Shown in pieces: positions 41,504 through 52,623 of a DNA stretch of 64,000 bases. The notes under the pieces were generated by a model. That model did no database searches. It worked only from the letters and a program-made list of their open reading frames with translations, and had not been told where the DNA came from. The stretch comes from an uncultured Acidobacteriota bacterium (lineage in GTDB: Bacteria; Acidobacteriota; Vicinamibacteria; Vicinamibacterales; SCN-69-37): the NCBI GenBank assembly GCA_963793255.1, contig CAWBZK010000005.1:543-64542 (forward strand). The letters are read 5' to 3'. Both the position numbers and the translations under genes were made by a program. Position 1 is the stretch's first letter. Every line of letters starts with the position of its first letter.

Positions 41504-42189
41504 ATGGACATGCGCCGGACACCGCGACGTCACGTGCTGATCGCGCTGGCGGTGGCAGTGGTCACCGTCGGAGCGAAGGGGCAGGACGCGGCGGATCGTT
41601 CCATCGAACAGTTCCTGGCGCGCAGTGAGGGGCAGCCCTCCTATCGAGCCACGCGGAAGCTGGTCGCGGAGAACGGCAGCCGGCGTGGCTGGCTCGATGC
41701 CGTCACGACCTATTCCCCGGCGACCGGCCTCGCCTACGAGGTCACGGGCGAGGGGGGGTCTGGCTACATTCGAAACAAGGTCTTGCGCGCCGTCCTCGAG
41801 GGCGAGCGGGAAATCATCGCGCGCGGCGAGGCGGCTCGCTCATCGCTCGAACCATCCAACTACACGTTCCTCGCCAACGGCGTTGACGCCGACGGGCTGG
41901 CCAACGTCCTGATTTCACCACGACGGAAAGAGCGGGTCCTGCTCTCGGGCACGATGTTCCTGCGAGCGGCCGAGGGCGATCTCGTTCGGCTTCAAGGCCG
42001 GCTCGCCAAGAACCCGTCGTTCCTGGTCAAGAACGTCGACGTCGTCCGAAGTACGAGCGGATTGACGGCGTGATTGTCCCGGTCTCGCTCGAATCAACCG
42101 CCCAGCTTCGATTCCTCGGGGAGGCCACGCTGCGCATGACCTACTCCTATTCCGAAATCGAGGGTCGTGCCGTTCAGTCTCTGCACTAG
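41504..42189 (+). CDS. secreted hypothetical protein (LolA-fold / lipoprotein-sorting-like?), one frameshift
   Basis: Signal peptide MDMRRTPRRHVLIALAVAVVTVGAKGQ. A frame change near 42050 joins to YERIDGVIVPVSLESTAQLRFLGEATLRMTYSYSEIEGRAVQSLH-stop. The fold suggestion is weak. Confidence 0.4.
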
Positions 42190-42214
42190 CTCGAGCGCTT
42201 CAACGGCGCGGTCA

Positions 42215-42914
42215 TTACCCGGTCCCGTTGCGTGTCTTTCCATTGCCACCACGCGCGCCGTACAGCGCGATTTGCCGCGCCACTTCGGCCGAGACCTTGT
42301 GCGCGGCCAGAGAACCATCAATGTCAATCAGCCGTGATCGGTGTTGGTAGGTACTCGAGCAGGGGCCCGGTGCGGTTCCGATACAGGAACAGGCGACGCT
42401 TGATGGTCGCTTCGTCGTCGTCATCGCGCTGCTCGAGGGGTGCCCCGCAGTACGCGCAGTTTCGCTGTCCTGAGTTCTGGCTGCTGACAGACTGGGGCGT
42501 TCGACAACGGGTGCATACCCGGCGGGAGATCAGCCGCCGCTCGATTTCCACCTCGGGGACGTGGAGCGCGACGACCACGACCGCCGGTTCGCCGGCGAAC
42601 CGATCGAGCGCTTCAGCTTGAGCGACCGTTCTCGGGAAACCGTCCAGGACGAACCCGGCGGCGGCGTCCGACTCGGCCAGGCGCTCACGAATCAGCTCGT
42701 TCATGACGTCGTCGGTCACGAGCTCGCCAGTGGCCATCAGGGACTTCACCGATTGCCCGAGCGGCGAATTCGTCGAGACGGCTCGGCGGAGCGTCTCGCT
42801 GCTGGAAATCGTCGGGATTCCCAGGCGCGCGCTCATCCAGGCGGCCTGCGTTCCCTTTCCGGCGCCGGGAGGGCCCACGAGCACGAACCGAGACGGCGTA
42901 CGAGGACGCTTCAT
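42215..42914 (-). CDS. adk: adenylate kinase (zinc-lid type), one frameshift
   Basis: P-loop FVLVGPPGAGKGTQA and GFVLDGFPRTVAQAEAL. The lid carries CTRC…CAYC, followed by RDDD…IKRRL. A frame change near 42340 joins to YYQHRSRLIDIDGSLAAHKVSAEVARQI. Confidence 0.85.
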
Positions 42915-43975
42915 AGATTGACTATCGCCGACTTCGGCTCCGCCATTCCAGGTACAGCGTCGCCGGCGGTACGCCGCCAGAAACCGGTCGTCCTCCCGAT
43001 ATGTCGTGGGATAGACGACGGGCACCGGTCGCGGCGTCAGGGTTTCATCGACGTTCACGAACGTGAAGACACAGGTGTTGGACAAGGCCGTCTGCTGACG
43101 ATCGAGGCCAAGGCGCTCGATGTCCGTTTCGACTGAGACGCTGTGGCCCTCGGCGTAGGTGACACGGCTCTGAAACCGCAGCCGGTCACCCATGCGCACA
43201 GGTTGATTGAAGTTGATCCGGTTGACGCTCACGATGACGGGCCGATTGGGCGCCACCAACTCCGCGCAGATCGCGCTTTGCTCGGTACGCTTTCCGTCAC
43301 GACGTAGCCGCCGAAGATTTTCTTCGGCACGTTCTCCTGTTCGGGATACATGCGTTCCCAGCCTGTCGTCATGAGGTCGCGGGCGAGCAGACCGCGGAAT
43401 GCCGGTTCTTCCTGCGCGGCGTGCAGGCGCTGGAGGTGAAGATACTCATCGCGACTCGGTGGTTCGGCCGCTGCGCTCAGCGCCGTTCGGTACGCATCCC
43501 GTCGCGCCCGGGCTCCCGCCCAGCGCAGCCGCGCCGTTTCGTCCGGAGGTTCAAAGAGCGGCACCTGGAGACTTCGAGTCTCGTCGGCCGATCGCGCCAC
43601 CATCGTGAAATAACACGATGCGATATGGATAGACGGCGTCCCGTCCGCACCGGGCGGATGCTCGCACCGGATTCCGACCTCCAGGCTGCTTCGTCCCACG
43701 AAGTTGATGCGAGCGCGCAGTCGCAGGTCTCGATTGATGTCGGCAGGCCCCCGGACCTGGATCTGGTCGACGGCGGCCGTCACGACGCCTGCGTCGGGCA
43801 GATGACGTCGGACGTAGGCGAGCGCCACGTCTTCCGCGAGCTTGTCGAGCACCTCCAGCAGCTTCCCAAACCGGATGTTGCCGGCGACCGGCTGATCGAT
43901 GAGCATGAACTCTCGACGCAGCCGGGCGTCGGCTTCCAGGGGCAGAAGCTGTACCTGTTCGAAAACGTCGTTCAC
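42911..43975 (-). CDS. acyl-CoA thioesterase (double hot-dog), frameshifted
   Basis: Two hot-dog halves: …GNIRFGKLLEVLDKLAEDVALAY…RLRARINFVGRSSLEVGI… and …IFGGYV…NRPVIVSVNRINFNQPVRMGDRLRFQSRVTYAEGHSVSV… Frame changes lie near 43260 and 42960. After correction, the stop overlaps the adk start (ATGA). Confidence 0.65.
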
Positions 43976-44052
43976 TTCGCGACGAGTTTCGCACCGTAGT
44001 CGTTCGTGCGGTTGAACAGGATCATCTTCACACTCCCGTGCGAACCGAGCGG

Positions 44053-44935
44053 TTATTGTCTGGTATCGAGCGGACGTTTGGCCGCTTCGAAGAATTCGGT
44101 CTGGAGGCGCAGGCTCGTGTCGTCCGCCTTGATCGCGCGTAGTGCGCGCGCGAGCGCGTCCGCGCGCGCCTTCATGGACGCCGCGCCGCGTGCCGCATTC
44201 GCGCCCGCGGCATCGCCCTGGTAGTGATTCGGGTAGCTCGCGTACCAGAAGATCGGGGTGAACACGCCGACCGGCAGGTCCTGTCGCTTCAGATCAGCGC
44301 CCGACTGCTGGCCCGCGCGTTCCGGATGCACGAGCTCCGGACGAGACGCCATCACGTTCGAGAGCTCGAGCTCTCCGGCGTGACCGTCGACACCGGGCTT
44401 GGAGGTACCGGAATCTCTGGGGCGGTCCGCCCCTGGCCGTCAGGAGTGATCACGTACACGATCCAGTTCTTGGGTGTGTCGAGCGTCGTCTGCGCGAAGT
44501 ACTGCAGGAAGTTCGTGTTCCCGCCGTGACCGGAGACGATGACGATCTTCGTGCAGCCGTTGCGGGCCATTTCCGCCGTGGTCTCCTGCAGCAGCTCGAA
44601 CTGCAGACGCGTGCTGTAGGCCACGGTGCCGGGCTGGTGCCTGGCCTCGAAAATCTGGCCGGCGTAGGTACTCCGGAAAGACGAGCGCGTATTCCTGTTT
44701 CGCGGCCTCGAGCGACGCGAACCGCGCGTTGATGAGATCGGTCGCGAGCGGCCCGGACGGCCCGTGCTTCTCGATGATCCCGATGGGCAGCACGCAGACG
44801 TTGCGCGCGAGCTGCATGGCCTTGGCGAAGTCCGGCCCGGTGAGCTCGGACCAGTTTGGCAGAGTACGACGGGGCCTGCGCAAAGGCCGTGCTGGCGGCG
44901 AGCACCGAGAGAACGACAACGGCAGCGCGTTTCAT
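44053..44935 (-). CDS. creatininase-family amidohydrolase with signal peptide, frameshifted
   Basis: Starts MKRAAVVVLSVLAASTAFAQA, then VCVLPIGIIEKHGPSGPLATD, VIVSGHGGN and GVDGHAGELELS-like blocks stitched from three frames (at least three changes). The start overlaps the upstream stop (ATGA). Confidence 0.6.
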
Positions 44936-46052
44936 AGCAGGTCTCCTGGGCCGGCCATCGCCGGCACCATCTCGACGTGAGGTCGGGCAAAAGCGACACC
45001 GTCGAACAGCACGCGAGCCGTCCTGGACAAGACCCGCGCGGGTCACGATTGGGCGCTCGCCGCGCCGGTCCAACTCGAGGCTGACGGTGAACTCGCCGGT
45101 CGGATGCTCCACCGAGAGTGCGACGGTGTCGGCCAGCGTCACGACCGCGATGCCGTCGGCCACCGAGCCGGGCAGCACGCAGGCCGTCGCCACCGACACG
45201 GCGCCAAACACACCGATTGACGTATGACACGTACGTGGAATGAACGTGCGGGTCGCAACAGACCCACCGTGGGTCGGCGCGGCGATGAGGCTGATCTTGG
45301 GCACGACGGCGTCCGTCACATCGCCAAGGTTCATCATCGGCCCAGCGGCGAGGCGAATGCGCTCGAGACGCGCCTTCAGGCGAACGTCGGCGTTCAGCTC
45401 AGCCACGCTTTCGTAGCCGGAGATGCCGACAGTGGCCGCCGGGATGACAATCACCGGCATGCCGTTGTCGATGCACGTGACCTCGACCTCGTCGATCTCG
45501 TCACGAACATGTCCGGTTGGCAGGAGCGCGCCGCACGACGAGCCTGCGGCGTTCTCGAAATACACCTGGATCGGTGCGCTGGCCCCAGGCACGCCGTCGA
45601 TCCTCGCCTCGCCGTCGTAGGTGACCTGCCGGCCAGGTGTTTTGACGATCAGATCGGCGACCGTGCCGGTGTTGAGCGTCCGTACCCGGACGTTCGTCGT
45701 GCCATCCTGCGCCGGCACGAGCCCACGCTCAATCGCGAACGGGCCGACGCCAGCCAGGATGTTGCCGCAATTCGGAGAGGTATCCACGATGGGTCTGATC
45801 GACGCTGACTTGCGCGAAGAGAAAGTCGACGTCGATGCCGGGCCGCGATGACTTCTGGACGATGGCGACCTTGCTGCGCAGTGGATGTCCGCCGCCGAGC
45901 CCGTCGATCTGCGCAGGGTCCGGTGAGCCCATGAGCGTGAGCAGCATCGCGTGGCGCCGCGCAGGATCGTCCGGCAGATCCTCGGCCAGAAAGTAGGCAC
46001 CTTTCGACGTGCCGCCGCGGATCAACATGCAACGGACCGGAGTCTGGGTCAT
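44932..46052 (-). CDS. PrpF-family isomerase, GalD-like 4-oxalomesaconate tautomerase, frameshifted
   Basis: Starts [27 protein letters not shown]. Also SPNCGNILAGVGPFAIERGLV and …TCHTSIGVFGAVSVATACVLPGSV… Frame changes lie near 45790 and 44990. Confidence 0.7.
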
Positions 46053-46793
46053 GTCCGGCCGTTGCCGGCGGCCCCGAGGCGCTCGCGGCCGCGGTGAAGC
46101 CGGCGCGCCGGCCCGAAATCCCGCGGCCAGAAACGGCACCAGGTGGCGAAGCGTCGCTTCGATGTCGCCCGGATCACATCGGCCGCGCGAAAAGGTCTTG
46201 ATGCGCTGCGGGCTGGCGGCCGAGTAGTAGATCGTGCCGAGCATGAAGTGGAAGCGCCACAGGATCTCGTCGGGCGGCAGATCGGGAAGGCACTCGCGGA
46301 GCGCCGCGACGAACGTCCGGCTGGACAGATCGAAGTTGTCGGCCACCAGCTGATTCAGAAGCGCCGAGTCCTCGGCCGCCAGCATCGCGCGCAGCCGGCT
46401 GAACGTGCTCTGGCCGCCGAGACTCTGAATCTCTGCGAGCGCCGGCCGAACGAACGCCTCGATCACCGCCTCGAGCCTCGTCTCGCTGCGCCGGGCGTCG
46501 GCCAGCAGCTTCAGGCGCTCGGCATTCAGCGTGCTGCAGTGCCGGCGGTAGACCTCCGACAGCAGGCCTTCCTTGCCCCGGAAGTGGTAGCCCACGAGCG
46601 ACCAGTTCACGCCAGCCGCCGCGGCAATCGCGCGAACGGAGACTTTCGTGTAGCCGCGCTCCGCGAACAGATGTTCGGCGGCGGAGAGCAGCCGCGCCCG
46701 CGTATCGGCCGCAGGCGGACGGGAAGGGCTCCATGTGTCAGGCTGCGGGTGGGTCACGCGGAGAGCATACAGCCGGATTGCACAAGTGTTCAA
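46049..46793 (-). CDS. TetR-family transcriptional regulator, frameshifted near the 3' end
   Basis: The HTH region reads [48 protein letters not shown]. The start is at 46793 or the GTG at 46757. As sequenced it reads in frame into the PrpF gene. A one-base correction gives a stop overlapping the PrpF ATG. Confidence 0.7.
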
Positions 46794-46816
46794 ACCACCT
46801 GTATGATTCGGCGCCG

Positions 46817-47543
46817 ATGAACCAAGCGTCGAAGTCCGTGCTCGTGTTCAGTGCCCATGCGGCCGATTTTGTCTGGCGCGCTGGGGGCGCCATCGCGCTC
46901 TACACCTCGCGAGGCTGGCGCGTGCGCATACTCTGCCTCTCGTTCGGTGAGCGCGGTGAGAGTCAGGGCGTCTGGAAGCAACCGGGGATGATGCTCGATC
47001 GCGTCAAGAAGATCAGGCGAACGGAGTCGAAGCAGGCCGCGACGCTTCTCGGCGCCGAGGTGGAGTTCTTCGACGCCGGCGACTACCCGCTTCGCCCCTC
47101 CGACGAACTGCTCGACCGCCTGGTCGCAGAGTATCGGTCGTGCCAGCCGGACATTGTCCTGACCCATTCGGCCAGCGACCCATACAACCCCGACCACCCG
47201 GCGGCACATCAGATTTCCCTGCAGGCACGCGTGTACGCGCAAGCCGAGGGATACCCCGCCGCGGGTTCCCCGCTCGGCGCGCCGCCGGTCTTCATGTTCG
47301 AGCCTCACCAGCCCGAACGCTCGCGGGTTCATGCCCGACGTCCTGCTGGACATCACGTCGGTCTGGGACCAGAAGCGAAAAGCCATGGAGTCCATGGAGG
47401 CGCAAGGCCACCTCGTCGACTACTACGCGGATCTCGGCCGGCGCCGTGGCGCGCAGGCGGTCCGCAACTCCGGACGGAAGACGATCAAATACGCCGAAGC
47501 ATTCCAGCGCGTGTTTCCACAGGTCACGGGAGACCTGGCGTGA
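46817..47543 (+). CDS. PIG-L/LmbE-family hydrolase, GalB-like 4-oxalomesaconate hydratase, one frameshift
   Basis: Blocks [40 protein letters not shown] and FEPHQPE / [34 protein letters not shown]. Frame change near 47315. Confidence 0.7.
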
Positions 47544-48220
47544 GACCGACGATCGTCAGGAGCATTCTCCGTGCGGATGCGGAGCACATCACGCGGCTCG
47601 GTGAATGCGGCGTCGCGACCGTGCATGAAGCCATGGGTCGAACCGGACTGCTGGAGCCGGCGATCCGTCCCATCTTCCCCGGCGCGCGTGTCGCGGGCAG
47701 CGCCGTCACCGTGTCCTGCGCGGCCGGGCGACAACCTCATGATTCACGCCGCCATCGCCGTCGTCCGACCGGGCGATGTGCTGGTGGTCACCACGAGCTC
47801 GCCCTCGAGCGACGGCATGTTCGGTGAACTACTCGCCGAGTCCTGCCGGGCCCACGGCGTCGCCGGGCTCGTGATCGACGCCGGAGTCCGAGACACGGCT
47901 GAACTGACGGTGATGGGGTTTCCGGTGTGGTCGCGCGCCGTCTGGGCACACGGCACGACGAAGGCGATTCCGGGATCGGTCAACGTGCCGATCGGCTGCG
48001 CCGGTGCGCTCGTCGCATCCTGGCGATGTCATCATCGGCGATGCCGATGGCGTCGTCGTCGTCCCGCGCGCCGACGCGGCATCGGTCGTCACGGCGGCCA
48101 ATGAGCGGCTGGCCAGGGAAGCACGGACGCGCGAGCGGCTCAGAGGCCGGCGAGCTCGGTCTCGACATCTACGGCTTGCGGGACGTGCTGAACACGCACG
48201 GCGTGCAATGGATTGACTGA
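47540..48220 (+). CDS. RraA-family aldolase, GalC/LigK-like 4-carboxy-4-hydroxy-2-oxoadipate aldolase, frameshifted
   Basis: The GTG start overlaps the upstream stop (GTGA). Blocks [59 protein letters not shown] and [16 protein letters not shown] were stitched from three frames. Confidence 0.75.
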
Positions 48221-49171
48221 TGAACAGGAGGGACGCGTTGTCACTGATGGCGGCAGGATTTGGAGGCGCGATCGCGCAACAACCGGCCACGTCGGGCATC
48301 GTTCCGGATATTCCCGCTCCCGATCCGGCCCCACGCGTTCCGTCGTTCAAGGCACCTCCACTGGCGTGCGACACGCACTGCCACGTGTTCGGGCCGGTCG
48401 ATCGATATCCGTACGCCGCTTCCAGGCCGTACACGCCGCCGGAAGCTCCGTTCGATGCCTGCCGGGCGCTGCACAAGCGGCTCGGTGTCTCGCGCGCCGT
48501 CATCGTGAACGCGACGCCGTACGGGCGCGACAATCGCGCGATGATCGACGCCATCGCGGCGAGCGGCGGCGCAGTATCGCGGCATCGGCAACATCGATGA
48601 GCGCATGACCGATCGCGAGCTTGAAACACTGGCCGCCGGCGGAGTCGACGGCTGCCGGTTCACTTTTCTTGCCCGCCTTGGCGGACGCCCCGACATGGCC
48701 GCGTTCGATCGGATCGTCGCGCGAATTGCTCCCCTCGGCTGGCACGTCGATCTGTATCTCGACGCGAGGGATCTGACCGAGCTCGCGCCGCGCCTCGAGA
48801 AGCTGCCCCTGCCGTACGTCATCGATCACATGGGCCTCGTCGACGCTTCGGCTGGGCTTCGGCAGCTCGCATTCAGGTCGCTCGTGGCCTTGGCGGTCCG
48901 CGATGAGAAATGTTGGGTGAAGATCAGTGGGCCGGAGCGCATCTCGAAAGTTGGCCCTCCGTTTCACGACGCGGTGCTGTTTGCGAAGACACTGATCGAG
49001 GCCGCGCCCGATCGGGTGCTCTGGGGGACCGACTGGCCTCACCCGAACGTCCCCTACATGCCGAACGACGGCGATCTCGTGGACCTCGTGCCGCTGTTCG
49101 CGCCGACCGCGGATCTGCAGCAACGCCTCCTCGTCGCGAATCCCGCCACGCTGTACCGATTCAGCCATTGA
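48220..49171 (+). CDS. Amidohydrolase_2-family lactonase, LigI-like 2-pyrone-4,6-dicarboxylate hydrolase, with Tat-like N-terminus, one frameshift
   Basis: The start overlaps the upstream stop (TGATG). Starts [20 protein letters not shown]. Also ACDTHCHVFGPVDRYPY, YGRDNRAMIDAI and …WGTDWPHPN… Frame change near 48590. Confidence 0.65.
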
Positions 49172-49207
49172 CGCGACGCTGGTACGCGACAACTCTGGAT
49201 CCAGGTC

Positions 49208-50438
49208 GTGCTGGCCATGGCGGCGGGCGTGCTGCTCGGACACTTCGCGCCGGCGGCCGGCGAGCGGATGCAGCCGCTGGGCGACGCGTTCATCAAGGCG
49301 ATCCGGATGCTCATCGCACCGATCGTGTTCACGACGGTCGTGCTGGGCATCGCCAACATGAACGACATGGCCCGAGTCGGGCGGGTCGCGATCAAGGCGT
49401 TGATCTATTTCGAGGTGGTGACCACCGTCGCGCTCGTTCTGGGACTGCTGGTGGTCAACCTCTGGAAGCCGGGCGCCGGCATGAACGTCAATCCCGATGG
49501 TCTTGATACCAGCGCGGTGGCGTCCTACGTCGCCCGGGCGCCGCAGGAAGGGCCTCGTCGCGTTTCTCCTGCAGATCATTCCGAACACGGTGTTCGGCGC
49601 ATTTACCGACGGCCACGTGCTGCAGGTGCTGTTTCTCTCGGTGCTCTTCGGCGCGGCGCTCGTGGGGCTCGGCGACCACGGCCGGCCCGTCGCGACGCTC
49701 CTCGAGTCCCTGTCACGAATACTCTTCCGCGTCGTATCCATCGTCATGTGGGCGGCGCCGATTGGCGCCTTCGGCGCGATGGCCTTCACCGTTGGCCGAT
49801 ATGGCACCGGTGCGCTCTGGTCGCTCGGCAATCTGCTCGTGTGCTTCTACGTCACGTGCCTGGTGTTCGTCGTCGCCGTGCTGGGTCCGATTGCGCGCTT
49901 CTGCGGGTTCAGGCTCTGGGGCCTCATTCGGTACATCCGTGAGGAGTTGCTGATTGTGTTCGCAACGACCTCGTCGGAAACCGTGCTGCCGCGCATGATT
50001 ACGAAACTCGAGCGCCTCGGCTGCCGCAAGGACGTCGTCGGTCTCGTGATCCCGACGGGGTACTCGTTCAACCTCGACGGTACGTGCCTCTATCTCGCGA
50101 CGGCGACGGTGTTCCTGGCACAGGCGACCAACACGCCGCTCGATCTCGGACAGCAATTGGGGCTGCTCGCCGTGCTGTTGCTGACGTCGAAGGGCGCCGC
50201 CGGTGTGGCCGGCGCGGCGTTCGTCGTGCTGGCAGCGACCCTGTCCACTGTGGGTCACATTCCAGTGGCCAGTGTCGCGTTGATCCTCGGGATTCACCGG
50301 CTCATGTCCGAGGGTCTGACGCCCACCAATCTCATCGGCAACGCGGTCGCGACGATTGCGGTCGCAAAGTGGGAAGGCGCGTTGGACGAGTCCGTGCTCC
50401 ATCGCGAGCTCGCGGGCCGCGCGTCTGTCGATGGCTAG
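49208..50438 (+). CDS. dctA: dicarboxylate/amino-acid:cation symporter (DctA-like), frameshifted
   Basis: DAACS motifs: [57 protein letters not shown]. Frame change near 49540. The true start probably lies a few codons upstream (…LWIQVVLAM…), with no clear start codon as sequenced. Confidence 0.8.
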
Positions 50439-50522
50439 GGCACGTTCGGTGAAGAAGGCTTGCAGGTATATGCTCGTCGCGGCCTCGACCACGAGTGGCC
50501 GCGGCGGCACAGGAGGTTCAAG

Positions 50523-52527
50523 ATGCGATCGTTCAAGCACGTCGTGAATGCCGCGGCGCTGACAGGTATCGCGGTAGCTCTGCTGACGCTCGGCGTTCGA
50601 GCGGCAGATCCGCCGGAATTCAAGCCGGACGCTTCGTTCAAGGGATCGGTGCTGACCGGCTGGCGCACGGTCGGCCAGGCGCAGTGGCGCGCCGAGAACG
50701 GCGAGATCATCGGCCGCGCGACTGCCGGCGGCAATGGCGGCTGGCTGGTCATGGACAAGGAATTCCAGGACCTGCTCTTCTACACGAACCTTCGCTGCGA
50801 GGGCAGCTGCAAGACAGGCGTGCTGCTTCGCGCTGAGAAGACGCCCGACGGCGGCATGAAGGGCGTGTATGTGTCGCTGACCGACGGCGACTTCGCGACC
50901 TACAAGGTCACCATCGACGCGCAGGGCGTCGAGACGAGCCGCACTCCGGTCGTCGCGGCGGCCCGCGGAGGCGGCGCGGGCGGTCGTGCCGGCGCGCCGT
51001 CCCGCCGGCGCTCCCGCCGCCGGTGCTCCGGCTGCCGGTGCGCCAGCCGCTGGTGCTCCGGCCGCTGGTGCCCCCGCGGGCGCCGGCGCCGCGCCTGCCG
51101 GCGGACGTCGCGGTGGCGGCGGCGGTGGTGGTGGAGGCGGACGCGGCGGCGCGCCCGCGATCACCGCGCTGAAGCCGGGCGAGTGGAACCCGCTCGAGAT
51201 CCTCGTGTCGGACGAGACCGTACGCGCCTCGATGGGCGGCGGCGGATCGATCGCCGAGCCGGGCTACGGCAGCGTCGCGCTGTACATCGGGGGCACGGGC
51301 GAAGTGCGCTACAAGGACGTCGCGTGGAAGGACCTCATCGCGCTGACGCAACCCAAGGAACAGTTGTCGAACCGGTTCACGGCCGTGCGCATCAGCGATT
51401 TCTATTACGGCTGGTCGGCGGCCGCGTCGGACATCAATCATGACGGCGTGATGGACGTCGTGTCCGGGCCGTTCTACTACCTCGGGCCGACGTTCGCGGA
51501 CCGCAAGATCTATCGCACGAGCCGCGTCTACAACCCGGGCACCGAGTACGCGCCCGACATGGTGAACTTCACCGCGGATTTCACGGGCGACGGTTGGCCG
51601 GACATCCTCGCGTCGGACATGGTCGGCGGCCGGCCGATGGATCTCTACGTCAATCCGAAGGGGCAATCACGCCGCTGGGATCATGCCCGCGTGCTGCCGG
51701 TGATCTCGACGGAGCTCGTTCTCATGCGTGATCTCGACGACGACGGCAAACCGGAAATCATCTTCGGCGGCGGAGGGGCCTATTCGTGGGCGCGCCCCGA
51801 TCCGGTGAATCCGATGGCGGTCTGGACGTCGCACAACGTCTCCAAGGCGGGTGAACGCGTGGTCGGCCACGGCATCGGCGTTGGCGACGTCAACAGCGAT
51901 GGACGTCAGGACATCGTGGTGCCGACGGGCTGGTACGAGCAGCCGCCGAAGGGCAGCATGGATCAGCCGTGGACGCTGCATCCGGCCGAGTTCGGCAACG
52001 GCGGCGGTGAAATCGGCGCGTACGACGTCAACGGCGACAAGCTCACGGACGTCGTGACGAGTCTCGCCGCGCACGACTTCGGGCTCGCCTGGTTCCAGCA
52101 GAAGAAGGGCGCCGACGGCAGCGTCACGTGGGAGAAGCACGAGATCGCGGAAGACTTCTCCACGAAGAACGCCGGCGACGTCGTGTTTTCTGAACCGCAC
52201 GCATCCAGATTTGCCGACATGAACGGCGACAAGATTCCCGACTTCATCGTGGGCAAGCGGTACTGGTCGCACCTCGAGAACTACAACGGCCCGGATCCGT
52301 ACGGCCCGGCGGTGGTCTACATCTATCGCACGGTGCGCAATCCCAAGGCGCCTGGCGGCGCAGAGTTCGTGCCCGAGCTCGTGCACAACCGGTCAGGCGT
52401 GGGTTCGGCGTTCGAAGTCCTGGATCTGAACAAGGACGGGCGGCCGGATATTGCCGTCGCCGGCGCGTACGGGACGCACGTGTTTCTGAGCAAGCCGGCC
52501 GCCGCCGCGGCCGCTCCCGCACGCTGA
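50523..52527 (+). CDS. secreted DUF1080 domain + FG-GAP/VCBS beta-propeller protein (paralogue 1), one frameshift
   Basis: Signal peptide MRSFKHVVNAAALTGIAVALLTLGVRA. The DUF1080 half (FKGSVLTGWRTVGQAQWRAENGEIIG…CKTGVLLRAE…GEVRYKDVAWKDL) is interrupted by a long Ala/Gly/Pro/Arg insert. FG-GAP-like repeats follow (DINHDGVMDV, DFTGDGWPDI, DLDDDGKPEI, DVNSDGRQDI, DVNGDKLTDV, DMNGDKIPDF, DLNKDGRPDI). Frame change near 50985. Confidence 0.7.
51011..51085 (+). repeat. tandem 15-nt repeat (4-5 copies) encoding (AGAPA)n
   Basis: The units GCTCCCGCCGCCGGT / GCTCCGGCTGCCGGT / GCGCCAGCCGCTGGT / GCTCCGGCCGCTGGT / GCCCCCGCGGGCGCC were read directly. They are followed at 51101-51150 by a GGC/GGT run encoding GGRRGGGGGGGGGGRGG. 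Confidence 0.9.
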
Positions 52528-52542
52528 CGGCTGCGAACACGG

Positions 52543-52583
52543 GAACGGGCGGGATGTGCTAATTTGGCGCATCTCGCCCGTTC
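52543..52583. terminator. imperfect hairpin after the paralogue-1 gene
   Basis: GAACGGGCGGGATGTGC (52543-52559) pairs with GCGCATCTCGCCCGTTC (52567-52583), with two mismatches and a 7-nt loop TAATTTG. No T-run. Confidence 0.45.
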
Positions 52584-52623
52584 TGCCTGAGGCGTGGGTG
52601 CTGCTCGGAATGGAGGCTTCCAC

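Noticed and set aside
42324-43259. Apparent in-frame thioesterase-adenylate kinase fusion.
   Set aside because: An alternative frame ends …AIVNL-stop with its TGA overlapping the adk ATG (CTATGAAG). The fusion is most simply another indel artefact.
45729-46793. Apparent in-frame TetR-PrpF fusion with no stop between the regulator and the isomerase.
   Set aside because: A one-base frame correction near the TetR 3' end gives a stop overlapping the PrpF ATG (ACATGA), the same coupling seen elsewhere in the window. The read-through linker is Pro/Arg-rich junk.
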